In this document: positions 1 to 9,967 of the stretch, one piece after another
How positions within the stretch are numbered: the first letter of the stretch is position 1
How the letters are laid out: each line of letters begins with the position of its first letter
Assembly: GCA_038247465.1 (NCBI GenBank)
Contig: JBBRUV010000001.1
Location: 1-46,325, forward strand
DNA from: Cytophagales bacterium
Lineage (GTDB): Bacteria; Bacteroidota; Bacteroidia; Cytophagales; Spirosomataceae
Reading direction: 5' to 3'
DNA: 46,325 bases
Position numbers and translations under genes: made by a program
Notes under the pieces: generated by a model
Told to the model about the DNA's origin: nothing
The model's input: only the letters and a program-made list of their open reading frames with translations
The model's database searches: none

Positions 1-544
1 CCGCCGGATAGACGTTCAGCGACGTACCGACAACGATGAAAATATCGGCCTGATCGGCAATTTCCAGAGCCATGTCCATCATCGGTACGGCCTCGCCAAA
101 CCACACGATGTGCGGACGCAACTGCGAGCCTTTCGCGCACTGATCGCCCGCTTCGATTTCCCAGCCTTCGATGTCGTAAATCAGCGACTCATCTACCGAC
201 GAGCGCGACTTGAACAACTCGCCGTGCAAATGAACCACGTTGGTTGAACCGGCTTTTTCGTGCAGGTCATCGACGTTCTGCGTAATGATCGTTACGTCGT
301 ATTGGGTCTCCAGTTTCACGAGCGCGTAGTGACCGGCGTTAGGCGTTACGCTCAGGGCCTGACGCCGGCGTTCGTTGTAAAAATTCTGTACCAGCGTGGG
401 GTCCCGCTGCCAGGCTTCGGGGGTGGCCACGTCTTCGATACGGTGGTTTTCCCACAGGCCATCCGACGCCCGGAAGGTGGGGATACCGCTCTCGGCACTG
501 ATGCCCGCGCCCGATAAAACGACTACTTTTTTGCGTGTTTCCAT
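1..544 (-). CDS. cobB: Sir2-family NAD-dependent protein deacylase (N-terminal ~181 codons; C-terminus runs off the window)
   Basis: This gene is absent from the ORF track because it is open to the window edge. The reverse-strand ATG at 544-542 gives [34 protein letters not shown]...[14 protein letters not shown]...VHLHGELF. These are the sirtuin GAGISxxSGIP, TQNVD and HG motifs. Confidence 0.85.
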   Translation of the reverse strand, partial: METRKKVVVLSGAGISAESGIPTFRASDGLWENHRIEDVATPEAWQRDPTLVQNFYNERRRQALSVTPNAGHYALVKLETQYDVTIITQNVDDLHEKAGSTNVVHLHGELFKSRSSVDESLIYDIEGWEIEAGDQCAKGSQLRPHIVWFGEAVPMMDMALEIADQADIFIVVGTSLNVYPA

Positions 545-596
545 TGGGATAAAGATACGAAATGACAGGCTGATTTGGTAGATGAAGTTAACTTAC

Positions 597-1263
597 TCAA
601 GCCGCGTTTTCATTGTCGGGCAGGGCCACCGGCTGGGTAAAGAGCTGTTTGATAGCAGGGAACTGCGCCTGAATAGACCGGTGTATGCGCTGGATGGCTG
701 CGCTGATGTCGGCGGTTGTTATGTCAGTCCGAAAGACAACGTCCTGTACCAGTGCAATTTCCTGCGGGCCGAGGTATGTAGTGGCGGTACGTACCACGTT
801 TTGCACCGCCGGGTCGGCTTCGGCCAGTTTAATGAGTTACTGTTGCGTTTCGGCATTGACGCCCTCGCCCATCAGCAGGCTTTTGCTTTCGCGGGCCAGC
901 ACAATGGCTACCGACACCAGTAACAGGCCAATCAGAATAGACGCCCCACCGTCAAAGTACGGGTTGTTTAGTTGGTGACCCAGAAAAACGCCGAAAAACG
1001 CAATGAGCAGTCCCAGCACGTCGGATCCGTCTTCAAAGAGTACGGTGAAGGTAGTGGGGTCTTTGCTGTCTTTGATTGAGGCCCAGAACGGTACATTGCC
1101 CCGCTGCGCACTGAACGCCCGCCATGCCACAATCAGCGAGTAACCATCGAGTAGAAAAGCTATGCCCAGTACGATGTAATTCCAGAAGGGGTCTGTAATG
1201 GGTTCCGGGTGCTGAATGTGCGTAACGCCTTCGTAGTACAGCGCGGTATTCGAAGAAGCCATG
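597..1263 (-). pseudogene. Cation diffusion facilitator (CDF) transporter remnant: 5'-truncated and interrupted by an in-frame TAA
   Basis: ORFs 837-1271 and 597-806 are in the same frame, separated by TAA at 837-839 (...GEGVNAETQQ*LIKLAEADPAVQNVVRTATTYLGPQEIALVQDVVF...). Together they cover TM3-TM6 plus the cytoplasmic C-terminal domain of CDF proteins. The first ~100 residues (TM1-2) have no room before the topA 3' end, and a stop lies at 1284-1286. Confidence 0.7.
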
Positions 1264-1305
1264 CTCTTCAAACCGTATCCGGCTCATGGATGTTTTCTGT
1301 AGCGG

Positions 1306-1389
1306 GTTTGTCATGCTGAGGAACGAAGCATCCCGATGTAGAGCGGATTTTTACTACATCGGGATGCTTCGTTCCTCAGCATGACAAAC
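1306..1389. repeat. Perfect palindrome with a 36-bp stem (1306-1341 / 1354-1389) and a 12-nt loop, about 20 nt downstream of the topA stop
   Basis: The sequence reads GTTTGTCATGCTGAGGAACGAAGCATCCCGATGTAG-agcggattttta-CTACATCGGGATGCTTCGTTCCTCAGCATGACAAAC. Complementarity was checked base by base. Confidence 0.9.
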
Positions 1390-1409
1390 TACACAGGACA
1401 GAAAAGAAC

Positions 1410-4076
1410 CTACGCGCTCTTCGCTTTGGCAGCGGGTTTTTTCGCCACCGTTTTCTTTGCGGCAGGCTTTTTGGTGGCCGATGCTTTAGCTGTTGTTTTT
1501 TTCTTTGCCGGAGCCTTACCCGCGTCGTCGCCACCGGCCAGTTCAAGGCATTCTTCCAGCGTCAGCGAAGCCGCGTCAGTTTCTTTAGGAATACGGACGT
1601 TGCGTTTACCAACAGCGAGGTACGGCCCGTACTGCCCGTTTACGATTTTGATTTCGGGCCGTTCGGGGAATTCTTTGATGTATTTGTTGGCTTCGGTCTG
1701 CCGCTTGGCCTGAATCAGTTCAACAGCCCGCTCCAGCGTGATGCCCGCCATCGGTTCGTTGCGGGGCAGCGACACGTACTTATCCAGGTGCTTGACATAC
1801 GGACCAAACCGACCTTTCCCGGCCGTGACCGGCGTACCCTCGAACTCGCCCAACGATTCGCTGATCGACTCCACGCGCTTCTGCTGAATCAGTTCGACGG
1901 CCCGCGCTTCGGTAATTGTATAGGGGTCATCGTCGCGGGTGAGCGACACGAATTTGCCATCGTGCTTGACGTAGGGGCCGAACTTGCCGATGCCGATGGT
2001 CATGGCCTGATCTTCGAAGAAGCCAGCCTCGCGGGGCAGCGAGAACAGGTTTATCGCATCATCGAGCGAAATAGTCTCGATCAACTGCCCATCGCGCATA
2101 CTGGCGTAGCGGGGTTTCTCCTCATCGCTCGGGTCGCCAATCTGGACGTAGGCGCCGTATTTGCCGAGCCGGGCCGAGATAGGCTTTCCGGTTTTTGGGT
2201 CGCTGCCGAGTAGCCGTTCGCCGGTTTGGAACGCTACGCCATCGGCCCCTTTGATTGCTTCGATATTCTTGTGGAAATCGCCGTAGAAACCGCCCAGCAT
2301 CTGCTGCCAGTTCATTTTACCATCGGCAATCTCGTCAAACTCCTTCTCGACCGATGCCGTGAATTTATAATCGACAATATCCGGGAAGTACTCGACCAGA
2401 AAATCGCTGACCACCATACCCGTATTGGTCGGAAACAGTTTGGCTTTTTCGGAGCCGTAGGTTTCGGTACCGCTTGTTTCGCTGACGGCATCCTGTTGCA
2501 GCGTGTACTCAACGTATTTGCGTTCCATGCCGGGCCGGTCCTGTTTTACCACGTAACCCCGGTTCACGATGGTCGAAATCGTTGGTGCGTACGTTGATGG
2601 GCGACCGATGCCCAGCTCTTCGAGTTTCTTTACCAGCGAGGCTTCGGCGTAGCGAGGCTGCGGGCGGGTGAATTTCTCGGTGGCCCGCATCACGCCGAGG
2701 TTCAGCCCCTGCCCAATGGTCAGCGGGGGCAACATGCCTTTTGCGTCTTCGTCGTCCTCGTCGTCTTTCGATTCGAGATAGACCTTCAAAAAACCGTCAA
2801 ACTTGATAACCTCACCCTGCGCTGTCAGCTCGCGCGGAAAACCCTGTCTGATTGGTGCGCCTGTTTGATCAGCTGCATCATTATCTGCCTTGCTCTGAAT
2901 AAACGTCCGCTCCGACGCTTCGCCTGCAGACGTGAAGCCAACGCCAATCGTTACGGTGGTACGTTCCAACTGGGCGTCGGCCATTTGGGAGGCAATAGCA
3001 CGTTTCCAAATCAGTTCGTACAGGCGTTTCTGGTCGCGGTCGCCCCCGGCGTTGCGGTCGTTGAAGTTGGTAGGTCGGATGGCTTCGTGGGCTTCCTGCG
3101 CCGATTCGTTTTTGTTCTTAAAGTGCCGCGTCTGCACGTATTGCTGGCCAAACTCAGTCGTGATTTCGGCAACGGCTTTCTCAACGGCTTCCGTCGAGAG
3201 GTTTATCGAGTCGGTCCGCATGTACGAAATCTTACCTGCTTCGTAGAGGTTCTGCGCAATCCGCATGGTGCGGTCAACGGAGTAGCCAAGTTTGCGCGAC
3301 GCTTCCTGTTGCAGCGTAGAAGTGGTAAACGGTGGCGCGGGCGATTTTTTAGCGGGTTTCGTTTCTAAATTTCTGATGGAATACCCCGCGCCGATGCAGG
3401 CATTTAGGAACGCTTCGGCACCGCCCGCCGTCTGGAAATTCTTTGACACTTCGGCGTTCAGAACTTTACTGCCATCGACCACGAACTGGGCCGTAACTTT
3501 AAAGGACGACTTGGATGCGTGGCTATCCACTTCGCGCTCCCGCTCTACCACGAGCCGCAATGCTACCGACTGCACCCGCCCCGCCGACAAGCTTTGCCCA
3601 CCTTTGATTTTGCGCCACAGCACCGGCGAGAGTTCGTAGCCTACAAGCCGGTCCAGAACGCGCCGGGCCTGTTGCGCATTTACCAGATCGACGTCAATGG
3701 TACGGGGTGATTTGATGGCGTTCAGGATGGCCGTTTTGGTGATTTCCCGGAACACAATGCGCTTGGTATTGTCGCGCAGGCCGAGCGCTTCTTTAAGGTG
3801 CCACGAAATGGCTTCGCCTTCGCGGTCATCGTCAGTAGCCAGCCAAACCTCGTCCATTCCCTTCGCCAGCGTTTTGAGTTCGCTGACCAATTTCTTTTTG
3901 TCGGGCGATATTTCGTACGAAGGCCGAAAGCCATTCAGCACATCAACGGCCAGTCCGTCTTTGGGCAAGTCGCGAACGTGGCCGAAACTTGATTTTACGG
4001 TAAAGTCTTTTCCCAGATACCCTTCAATGGTTTTGGCTTTGGCCGGAGACTCGACAATTACTAAGTTCTTGGACAT
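1410..4076 (-). CDS. topA: DNA topoisomerase I (type IA) with a Lys/Ala-rich C-terminal tail
   Basis: The 888-aa ORF has a Toprim N-terminus (LVIVESPAKAKTIEGYLGKDF...DDDREGEAISWH) and the active-site region ISYMRTDS. It has repeated GKFGPYV/GRFGPYV/GQYGPYL C-terminal motifs and the tail AKKKTTAKASATKKPAAKKTVAKKPAAKAKSA. Confidence 0.97.
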   Translation of the reverse strand: MSKNLVIVESPAKAKTIEGYLGKDFTVKSSFGHVRDLPKDGLAVDVLNGFRPSYEISPDKKKLVSELKTLAKGMDEVWLATDDDREGEAISWHLKEALGLRDNTKRIVFREITKTAILNAIKSPRTIDVDLVNAQQARRVLDRLVGYELSPVLWRKIKGGQSLSAGRVQSVALRLVVEREREVDSHASKSSFKVTAQFVVDGSKVLNAEVSKNFQTAGGAEAFLNACIGAGYSIRNLETKPAKKSPAPPFTTSTLQQEASRKLGYSVDRTMRIAQNLYEAGKISYMRTDSINLSTEAVEKAVAEITTEFGQQYVQTRHFKNKNESAQEAHEAIRPTNFNDRNAGGDRDQKRLYELIWKRAIASQMADAQLERTTVTIGVGFTSAGEASERTFIQSKADNDAADQTGAPIRQGFPRELTAQGEVIKFDGFLKVYLESKDDEDDEDAKGMLPPLTIGQGLNLGVMRATEKFTRPQPRYAEASLVKKLEELGIGRPSTYAPTISTIVNRGYVVKQDRPGMERKYVEYTLQQDAVSETSGTETYGSEKAKLFPTNTGMVVSDFLVEYFPDIVDYKFTASVEKEFDEIADGKMNWQQMLGGFYGDFHKNIEAIKGADGVAFQTGERLLGSDPKTGKPISARLGKYGAYVQIGDPSDEEKPRYASMRDGQLIETISLDDAINLFSLPREAGFFEDQAMTIGIGKFGPYVKHDGKFVSLTRDDDPYTITEARAVELIQQKRVESISESLGEFEGTPVTAGKGRFGPYVKHLDKYVSLPRNEPMAGITLERAVELIQAKRQTEANKYIKEFPERPEIKIVNGQYGPYLAVGKRNVRIPKETDAASLTLEECLELAGGDDAGKAPAKKKTTAKASATKKPAAKKTVAKKPAAKAKSA

Positions 4077-4698
4077 GGGGTCTGTTAAGGTTGATGATGG
4101 CTACGAAGCACAGGCTTCGCTGGGGGAAGAAACGGTTGTTCGTTGATGAGAAAGAGTGTTTGTGTACCGCCCGCACCGGCTCAAATATAGACGCAAACGG
4201 ACCTACTTATGCAAATGCATAATGCAGATGAGCCGGGAAAGTAGCGGAGGACAACCTGCTTTTACAACCTCAGCCAGCCCATCAACGTTCGTTTTGCGCT
4301 ATATAAGGCCCATATAAATCAGCGTTTAAGCGGTTTGTTCGGTACCTGACTAAATGAAGTGATTGGGTATGCGCCATTTGCTTTCCGACTGCATCTCTCC
4401 ACTATGAGCAAACTCCTGACACTGGCTGGCTGCTGCTGACTGCCAGTCGGCCCCGGAAACAGAACGCCGTACATTTCCTCTGCCACCCGCAATAAAACCG
4501 GATGAGGAAGTGCCTAACGAGGACATGCCCGACCCAACCATACCCCATCCGAATTGGTTAACCGGCAGATTATCTACGCCAGCGAAAGCCGGGCGGGTAG
4601 CACCGTGGGGAATAAAAAACTCCCTGACCGATAGGGCCGGGGAGTAGCGATTATTGTTGACAGGGATGAAATAGCCCTGCCGATGGCCAATGGCCTGA

Positions 4699-5175
4699 TT
4701 ACTGGTTCTTCGAGACGTTGCCCCGGATTTCGCCGGTGGGATGCTCGGTTGTGTGCAGGTTGATGTAGTACTGACCGGCAGCCATGCTGTCAACCTCACT
4801 TTGTGGCAGTTGGGCAGTTACGCCCGTAATGGGTGAAGCCAGATCAGTGAAGGCAATATCCGGTGGTCCGGTACCATCGTCTTTGGTGACGCGGTGAATG
4901 TGACCTGCGGTTGGTGTAAGGCCCGAATAGGTGACGGTGTAGCTTAGAATGTTGTTCGTTGGGTTTAGTTCGCTAACAAACTCGCTTGTGGCTGCTGATG
5001 AGGTGGGTTCAGGTTTTTCGGAACCTCCATTCAGCGTAGCCGTAAACCGGGTCATGACGGGCCTTTCGTCAATACTTGTTTCAGTCGTCGTATCGGCCTT
5101 ATTTTCCGAATTACAGGCGGTAAATGACACGCCGATAGCAAGCAGAGCGGCAACGGACAAGAGTGTTGTTTTCAT
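4699..5175 (-). CDS. CHRD domain-containing lipoprotein
   Basis: The 158-aa ORF has a signal peptide and lipobox (LLAIGVSFTAC). Its CHRD-like core is FTATLNGGSEKPEP...GLTPTAGHIHR...YYINLHTTEHPTGEIRG. Confidence 0.7.
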   Translation of the reverse strand: MKTTLLSVAALLAIGVSFTACNSENKADTTTETSIDERPVMTRFTATLNGGSEKPEPTSSAATSEFVSELNPTNNILSYTVTYSGLTPTAGHIHRVTKDDGTGPPDIAFTDLASPITGVTAQLPQSEVDSMAAGQYYINLHTTEHPTGEIRGNVSKNQ

Positions 5176-5249
5176 AGGCGTAAAAGTTGAGTAATCAGGC
5201 CAGCCAGCCCCTGAAAGCAGGAGTTAATTTAACCCGGCTCAACTTATAT

Positions 5250-5622
5250 TTAGACTTTGGACAGTATTGCCCCTACCCATCTTAGTTTGAGACAAGGACG
5301 TGAGGTTAAGAAACGACTAATTGAGCCAAAAAACGGCTCAACCTGGTGCTTTCGGCTTCTTTTAAAACACCTCATGCCGGACCCGTTAGAAAGGCTCAAT
5401 CCCGTAGCGTCGTAAATACGCATCGACGGCCATTTCAAGGGGGATAGCTCCCTTTTGCAGACCCGAAGCATCGGCTCTTGGAATACGGCTTCCCCCTTTG
5501 GCGGCATCGCGGGTGGTGATGCCCACCAGCGTAAATGGTTTGTCGCTCATTGTATGCCCCCCTTTGGTTCGCAGTAAGATGTTATCCCAGCCCTGTAAGG
5601 TGTGGATCAGTCCAAAGTCTAA
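5250..5622. repeat. 15-nt inverted repeat pair (TTAGACTTTGGACAG at 5250-5264; its reverse complement with one mismatch at 5608-5622) bracketing a 373-bp segment
   Basis: This was read directly from the sequence. The enclosed segment holds only a short minus-strand ORF (5386-5550, MSDKPFTLVGITTRDAAKGGSRIPRADASGLQKGAIPLEMAVDAYLRRYGIEPF) that stays open upstream without an ATG. Confidence 0.5.
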
Positions 5623-5688
5623 TTTCCTTGCATTATTAGTTTTTGACTTTGCTCTGATTCAGCGCGTGTAGGCCAACCTCGGCGAGCC

Positions 5689-7068
5689 TCATTCGCGTAA
5701 TGCCCTACCGCGCCCTACGAACCACACAAACTGGATAAAATTGAACTCCATCTGGTCGAAAGCAACTTTTTTATCATCAGCGTTTAGGTGCAAATTGGGC
5801 GTGTAGCGTAGGTTGGTCCTCAACAGCCATCGCTCGGCACGGCTCAGCCGGATGTCCCAGCCAAAAATCAGCCCCACCCCAATTTTGCCTCGTTGAAACG
5901 TCTGGCTGCGGTTGCCGTCAGTGTCAATAAATGTCAAGTCTTCATAGGCCAGCGTGGGGCCAACGAACGGTACAAAACCGTGATAATCCCCCAGAAATTT
6001 ATATGCTTCAATCATGTATGAGCTGCGCCGGTAGTCCAATCGGGTGTTGTAACCGCTAGAGGAACTGGTCAATTTTCGGTACGAAATGCCCACGTTCAGG
6101 TCGGCTTTGCCAAAATAGCGCCCTGCGGTAATATCGGGCAACATCCCGCCCGGGCTGCTTTGGTTCAGGTACGGATATTTTTCTTTGACGTACTCAGATT
6201 TACTGATCTCGAACGACGCCGACGGCCCAAGCCCTACATACCAGCTACTGAGCCTATTGCGGGCTGCCAGCTTCCGCGTCTTTGCCATATACTTTACCCC
6301 CGCTTGCGAGGCCATCCAGCCATTGGTGTTAAACCAACGACTCACACCCACATTGAATGACCACGGCGAGACCGCCAATTGACCCACGCTGGTGCGCGAA
6401 ATGGGATACTGAAAATCGGTGCGGGGTTGGTAGTTGGCTCCTGCCTGCACCAGCCATCGTTTGCCCGCATACCAAAGACCAGCCTGCACCGGAAACACAA
6501 TGGCCGACACGCTCGGCACGGTGCGGTAATCGGGGTTGATGTCGTTCGAGACCTGCGCAAACGAAATACCTTTGAAACTAACCCCCACAAACGGTCGTAA
6601 CTTACCCGCTTCAATGGCCCAGGGGAACACCCGCAAGCCGGTTTCGATCCCTTCCGAATAGTTGGTAGCCCGCAAGCCTGCCGGATAATTTTGTGCCGAT
6701 TGACGGTTCAACACCGGAATGGCAATGTAAAGATCGGCATGACCCCAAAAGTGCGTGGCTCCCAACAGAATCCGGGCAGAGGTTTTGCCGTTGAACGAGC
6801 CCGTTTGTAGGCTCTCATTGTTGGCAAACTGCGTGGTTCCGCCCGTTGTCCGAAAATAGTCAACCCCAACGTACATCTTGGCAAAATCGGTTCGGCGTTT
6901 CAGGGCTTCGATGGTGGTGTCGCGGTCGGCGGTTTGGGCTTGTGCAGGTAAATAGGCCAGAAAAAACAGAGCCACACTGAGCAGCAACCAATGGTAAATG
7001 ATTGGGCCGAATAAAAAGTGGAATACTCGGCACAATGCTGGAGCGATTGAAAAAAACGAGATATGCAT
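5689..7068 (-). CDS. Outer-membrane beta-barrel protein of unknown function
   Basis: The start is placed at the ATG at 7068 (MHISFF...LLLSVALFFLAYLPAQAQ, signal-peptide-like). The listed 7215 start is a TTG preceding a non-protein-like leader. The body has alternating Tyr/Gly/aromatic-rich beta-strand patterns typical of barrels. No family was recognised. Confidence 0.6.
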   Translation of the reverse strand: MHISFFSIAPALCRVFHFLFGPIIYHWLLLSVALFFLAYLPAQAQTADRDTTIEALKRRTDFAKMYVGVDYFRTTGGTTQFANNESLQTGSFNGKTSARILLGATHFWGHADLYIAIPVLNRQSAQNYPAGLRATNYSEGIETGLRVFPWAIEAGKLRPFVGVSFKGISFAQVSNDINPDYRTVPSVSAIVFPVQAGLWYAGKRWLVQAGANYQPRTDFQYPISRTSVGQLAVSPWSFNVGVSRWFNTNGWMASQAGVKYMAKTRKLAARNRLSSWYVGLGPSASFEISKSEYVKEKYPYLNQSSPGGMLPDITAGRYFGKADLNVGISYRKLTSSSSGYNTRLDYRRSSYMIEAYKFLGDYHGFVPFVGPTLAYEDLTFIDTDGNRSQTFQRGKIGVGLIFGWDIRLSRAERWLLRTNLRYTPNLHLNADDKKVAFDQMEFNFIQFVWFVGRGRALRE

Positions 7069-7252
7069 AACACCAGTGGCTGTTGGTTTGCAACCGATGC
7101 AAACGTAATAGTGCCAAAAACTGACTGCAAGAAGCCGGGATGAACGGCAATCAATTTGGGACGAATGGCACAGTTTGGGCCAAATAGCACGACTTTGGGG
7201 CGATAGAACCGACAAAAACGATCAAAAAATCAATACCTAAACCGCTTCACCT

Positions 7253-7260
7253 TAAATTTG
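7253..7260 (+). promoter_or_regulatory. Candidate Bacteroidota -7 promoter box (TAAATTTG, fits TAnnTTTG) about 65 nt upstream of the aconitase ATG
   Basis: This is a motif match only. Roughly twenty TAnnTTTG matches are expected by chance in this window, so position is the only support. Confidence 0.25.
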
Positions 7261-7291
7261 ACCCAGACCGTTCCCGGTTCAATGACTCGTT

Positions 7292-7316
7292 CATTTTACA
7301 TTTTACATTTTACATT
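7292..7316 (+). repeat. Tandem heptamer repeat (CATTTTA) x about 3.5, ending 8 nt before the aconitase start codon
   Basis: The sequence cattttacattttacattttacatt was read directly. Confidence 0.85.
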
Positions 7317-7324
7317 CTTAAACT

Positions 7325-9592
7325 ATGGCTTTTGATCTGGACATGATCCGGCGTGTGTACGCTGGCTTCGGCGAGCGCATTGACGCGGCCCGGCAAACGG
7401 TCGGCAAACCCCTTACCCTTTCCGAAAAAATTCTGTATAGCCACCTCACCGAAGGCACCGTGACCCACGCCTTCGAGCGCGGCAAAACCTACGTTGACTT
7501 TGCGCCCGACCGCGTGGCGATGCAGGATGCTACGGCGCAGATGGCCCTGTTGCAGTTTATGCAGGCCGGTCGTCCGCAGGTAGCCGTGCCGTCAACGGTG
7601 CATTGTGATCACCTGATCCAGGCCAAAATCGGCGCAACCGAAGACCTCGCCACCGCCAACGACAAAAACCGTGAAGTCTATGATTTCTTGGCTTCAGTAT
7701 CAGATAAATACGGCATCGGTTTCTGGAAACCCGGCGCGGGTATTATTCACCAGGTCGTGATCGAGAACTACGCTTTCCCCGGCGGCATGATGATCGGCAC
7801 CGATTCGCACACGCCCAACGCGGGTGGCCTCGGCATGATTGCGATTGGCGTGGGCGGGGCCGATGCCTGCGACGTGATGGCCGACCTGCCCTGGGAACTG
7901 AAAATGCCGAAACTAATCGGTATCAAGCTAACGGGCAAACTATCGGGCTGGGCTTCGGCCAAAGACGTGATTCTGCGCGTGGCCGGTATCCTGACCGTGA
8001 AAGGTGGCACGGGCTGCATCGTCGAGTATTTTGGCGACGGAGCCGAAAGCCTCTCGGCAACGGGCAAAGGCACGATCTGCAACATGGGCGCTGAAATTGG
8101 AGCCACGACTTCGATTTTTGCCTACGACGAAAAAATGGCCGACTACCTCCGCGCCACCTCCCGCGCCGACATCGCCGATGCCGCCAACGCCGTGGCCGCC
8201 CACCTCCGTTCAGACGAGGAAGTGTATGCCGACCCCGCTGCGTACTACGACCAACTGATTGAAATTGACCTCAATACGCTCGAACCGCACGTCAACGGGC
8301 CGTTCACGCCCGATTTGGCCTGGCCACTGTCGAACTTCGCCAACGCCGTTCGTGAAAACGGCTGGCCCGCCAAATTAGAAGTTGGTTTGATCGGCTCTTG
8401 TACAAACTCAAGCTACGAAGACATCACGCGGGCGGCATCAATCGCGAAACAGGCCATCACCAAAAACCTGAAAACCAAAGCCGAATTCACCGTTACGCCG
8501 GGTTCCGAACTCGTTCGGTTCACGACGCAGCGCGACGGATTGCTGACCACGTTCGAGGAAATCGGTGGGGTGGTGCTGGCAAATGCCTGCGGGCCGTGCA
8601 TCGGGCAGTGGGCGCGGCACATGGACGACCCCAACCGCCCGAACTCAATCATCACGTCGTTTAACCGCAACTTCGCCAAGCGCAACGACGGCAACATCAG
8701 CACCCACGCGTTTGTGGCCTCGCCCGAAATCGTGACCGCCTTTGCCATTGCCGGTGATCTGACGTTCAACCCCATGACCGATACGCTGACCAACGAAGCC
8801 GGGGAGCAGGTGATGCTCGACGAGCCGCAGGGTATCGAACAACCCGTGAATGGCTACGCCGTTGACGATGCGGGTTATGAGGCTCCGGCAGCAGATGGCT
8901 CTGGTATTCAGGTACTTGTATCCCTCACATCTGACCGGCTACAGCTCCTGGCTCCGTTTGCCGCCTGGGAAGGTACCGACTTGACGGGTCTGAAACTGCT
9001 CATCAAAGCCAAAGGCAAATGCACCACCGACCATATCTCGATGGCCGGGCCGTGGCTGAAATATCGCGGCCACCTCGACAATATCTCGAACAATATGCTG
9101 ATTGGCGCGGTGAATTATTACACCGAAAAAACCAACTCGGTGAAGAATCAACTGTCGGGTGAATACGGCGAAGTACCCGCCGTACAACGCGCCTACAAAG
9201 CGGCTGGCGTTGGCTCGGTGGTGGTTGGCGACGAGAACTACGGCGAAGGCTCAAGCCGCGAACACGCAGCGATGGAACCTCGCTTTTTGGGTGTACGGGC
9301 GATTCTGGTGCGGTCGTTTGCCCGGATTCACGAAACAAACCTGAAAAAACAGGGAATGCTGGCCCTGACCTTTGCCAACCCCGCCGACTATGACAAGGTG
9401 CAGGAAGACGACGCGATTGATATTCTGGGCCTGACCACCTTTGCGCCCGGTGTGCCATTAACCATCCAACTTACCCACGCCGACGGCTCGGTTGACGAGT
9501 TTGCCGCCAACCACACCTACAACGAAGGCCAAATCGGCTGGTTTGTGGCGGGGTCGGCGTTGAATCTCATTAAGCAGAGCGTGGCAGCGTAA
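7325..9592 (+). CDS. acnA: Aconitate hydratase (755-aa, mitochondrial-type aconitase)
   Basis: The ORF carries [47 protein letters not shown] and the swivel-domain motif [14 protein letters not shown]. Confidence 0.95.
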   Translation: MAFDLDMIRRVYAGFGERIDAARQTVGKPLTLSEKILYSHLTEGTVTHAFERGKTYVDFAPDRVAMQDATAQMALLQFMQAGRPQVAVPSTVHCDHLIQAKIGATEDLATANDKNREVYDFLASVSDKYGIGFWKPGAGIIHQVVIENYAFPGGMMIGTDSHTPNAGGLGMIAIGVGGADACDVMADLPWELKMPKLIGIKLTGKLSGWASAKDVILRVAGILTVKGGTGCIVEYFGDGAESLSATGKGTICNMGAEIGATTSIFAYDEKMADYLRATSRADIADAANAVAAHLRSDEEVYADPAAYYDQLIEIDLNTLEPHVNGPFTPDLAWPLSNFANAVRENGWPAKLEVGLIGSCTNSSYEDITRAASIAKQAITKNLKTKAEFTVTPGSELVRFTTQRDGLLTTFEEIGGVVLANACGPCIGQWARHMDDPNRPNSIITSFNRNFAKRNDGNISTHAFVASPEIVTAFAIAGDLTFNPMTDTLTNEAGEQVMLDEPQGIEQPVNGYAVDDAGYEAPAADGSGIQVLVSLTSDRLQLLAPFAAWEGTDLTGLKLLIKAKGKCTTDHISMAGPWLKYRGHLDNISNNMLIGAVNYYTEKTNSVKNQLSGEYGEVPAVQRAYKAAGVGSVVVGDENYGEGSSREHAAMEPRFLGVRAILVRSFARIHETNLKKQGMLALTFANPADYDKVQEDDAIDILGLTTFAPGVPLTIQLTHADGSVDEFAANHTYNEGQIGWFVAGSALNLIKQSVAA

Positions 9593-9617
9593 GTTGACGT
9601 TACTATTAAAATTTCAA

Positions 9618-9662
9618 ACCCCAACCCAGACACTTTATGAAACGGGTTGGGGTTGCTTTTTT
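9618..9662 (+). terminator. Intrinsic terminator after the aconitase gene
   Basis: The stem AACCCCAACCC (9617-9627) pairs with GGGTTGGGGTT (9644-9654) and is followed by GCTTTTTT. Confidence 0.75.
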
Positions 9663-9727
9663 GCCCCCAAATCAGCATTATTGTCTTTTTGCCCGTGTTA
9701 TCGGGCTAAAACCACGTACCGAATATC

Positions 9728-9967
9728 ATGGAAGTAACACTTAACATTCCGCTTACGGTGCCGCAATTGGCCGACCTGATTCGACACCAACTGTCCCGCA
9801 CCGAGCAACTTCGCTTAGCGTCATTGCTTCAGACCGACGAAGAAATAGACAAAGAGCCAACGAAGCAGGAAATCCTGGATAGTCTTCGCGCTGACTTTAT
9901 TGCCCTTAAAAAAGGAACCCTAAAAACCCGCCCTCTTCGGGATGTTTTAGATGAAATACCAGATTGA
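9728..9967 (+). CDS. Putative antitoxin of a type II toxin-antitoxin pair
   Basis: This 79-aa acidic small ORF overlaps the start of the downstream RelE/ParE-like gene by 17 nt. No family was recognised. Confidence 0.5.
   Translation: MEVTLNIPLTVPQLADLIRHQLSRTEQLRLASLLQTDEEIDKEPTKQEILDSLRADFIALKKGTLKTRPLRDVLDEIPD

Noticed and set aside
4207-4222. The 16-bp palindrome TTATGCA-AA-TGCATAA upstream of topA as an operator
   Set aside because: A 7-bp inverted repeat with fixed spacing is expected a few times by chance in 46 kb. Nothing else supports it.
4350-4799. A 149-aa minus-strand ORF overlapping the end of the CHRD gene
   Set aside because: It has no ATG/GTG start downstream of the CHRD stop until late in the frame. 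It shows no codon-position bias by eye, has low-complexity Ser/Gly content and has no recognisable family. It may be non-coding spacer upstream of topA, though a small gene cannot be excluded.
5250-5507. An 85-aa minus-strand ORF (MPPKGEAVFQEP...)
   Set aside because: It is out of frame with the more protein-like reading (..ITTRDAAKGGSRIPRADASGLQKGAIPLEMAVDAYLRRYGIEPF*) and has an implausible composition.
7069-7215. The N-terminal 49-codon extension (TTG start) of the outer-membrane protein ORF
   Set aside because: The extension is Cys/Ser/Arg-rich and not protein-like. An ATG at 7068 is followed by a plausible signal peptide ending AQAQ.
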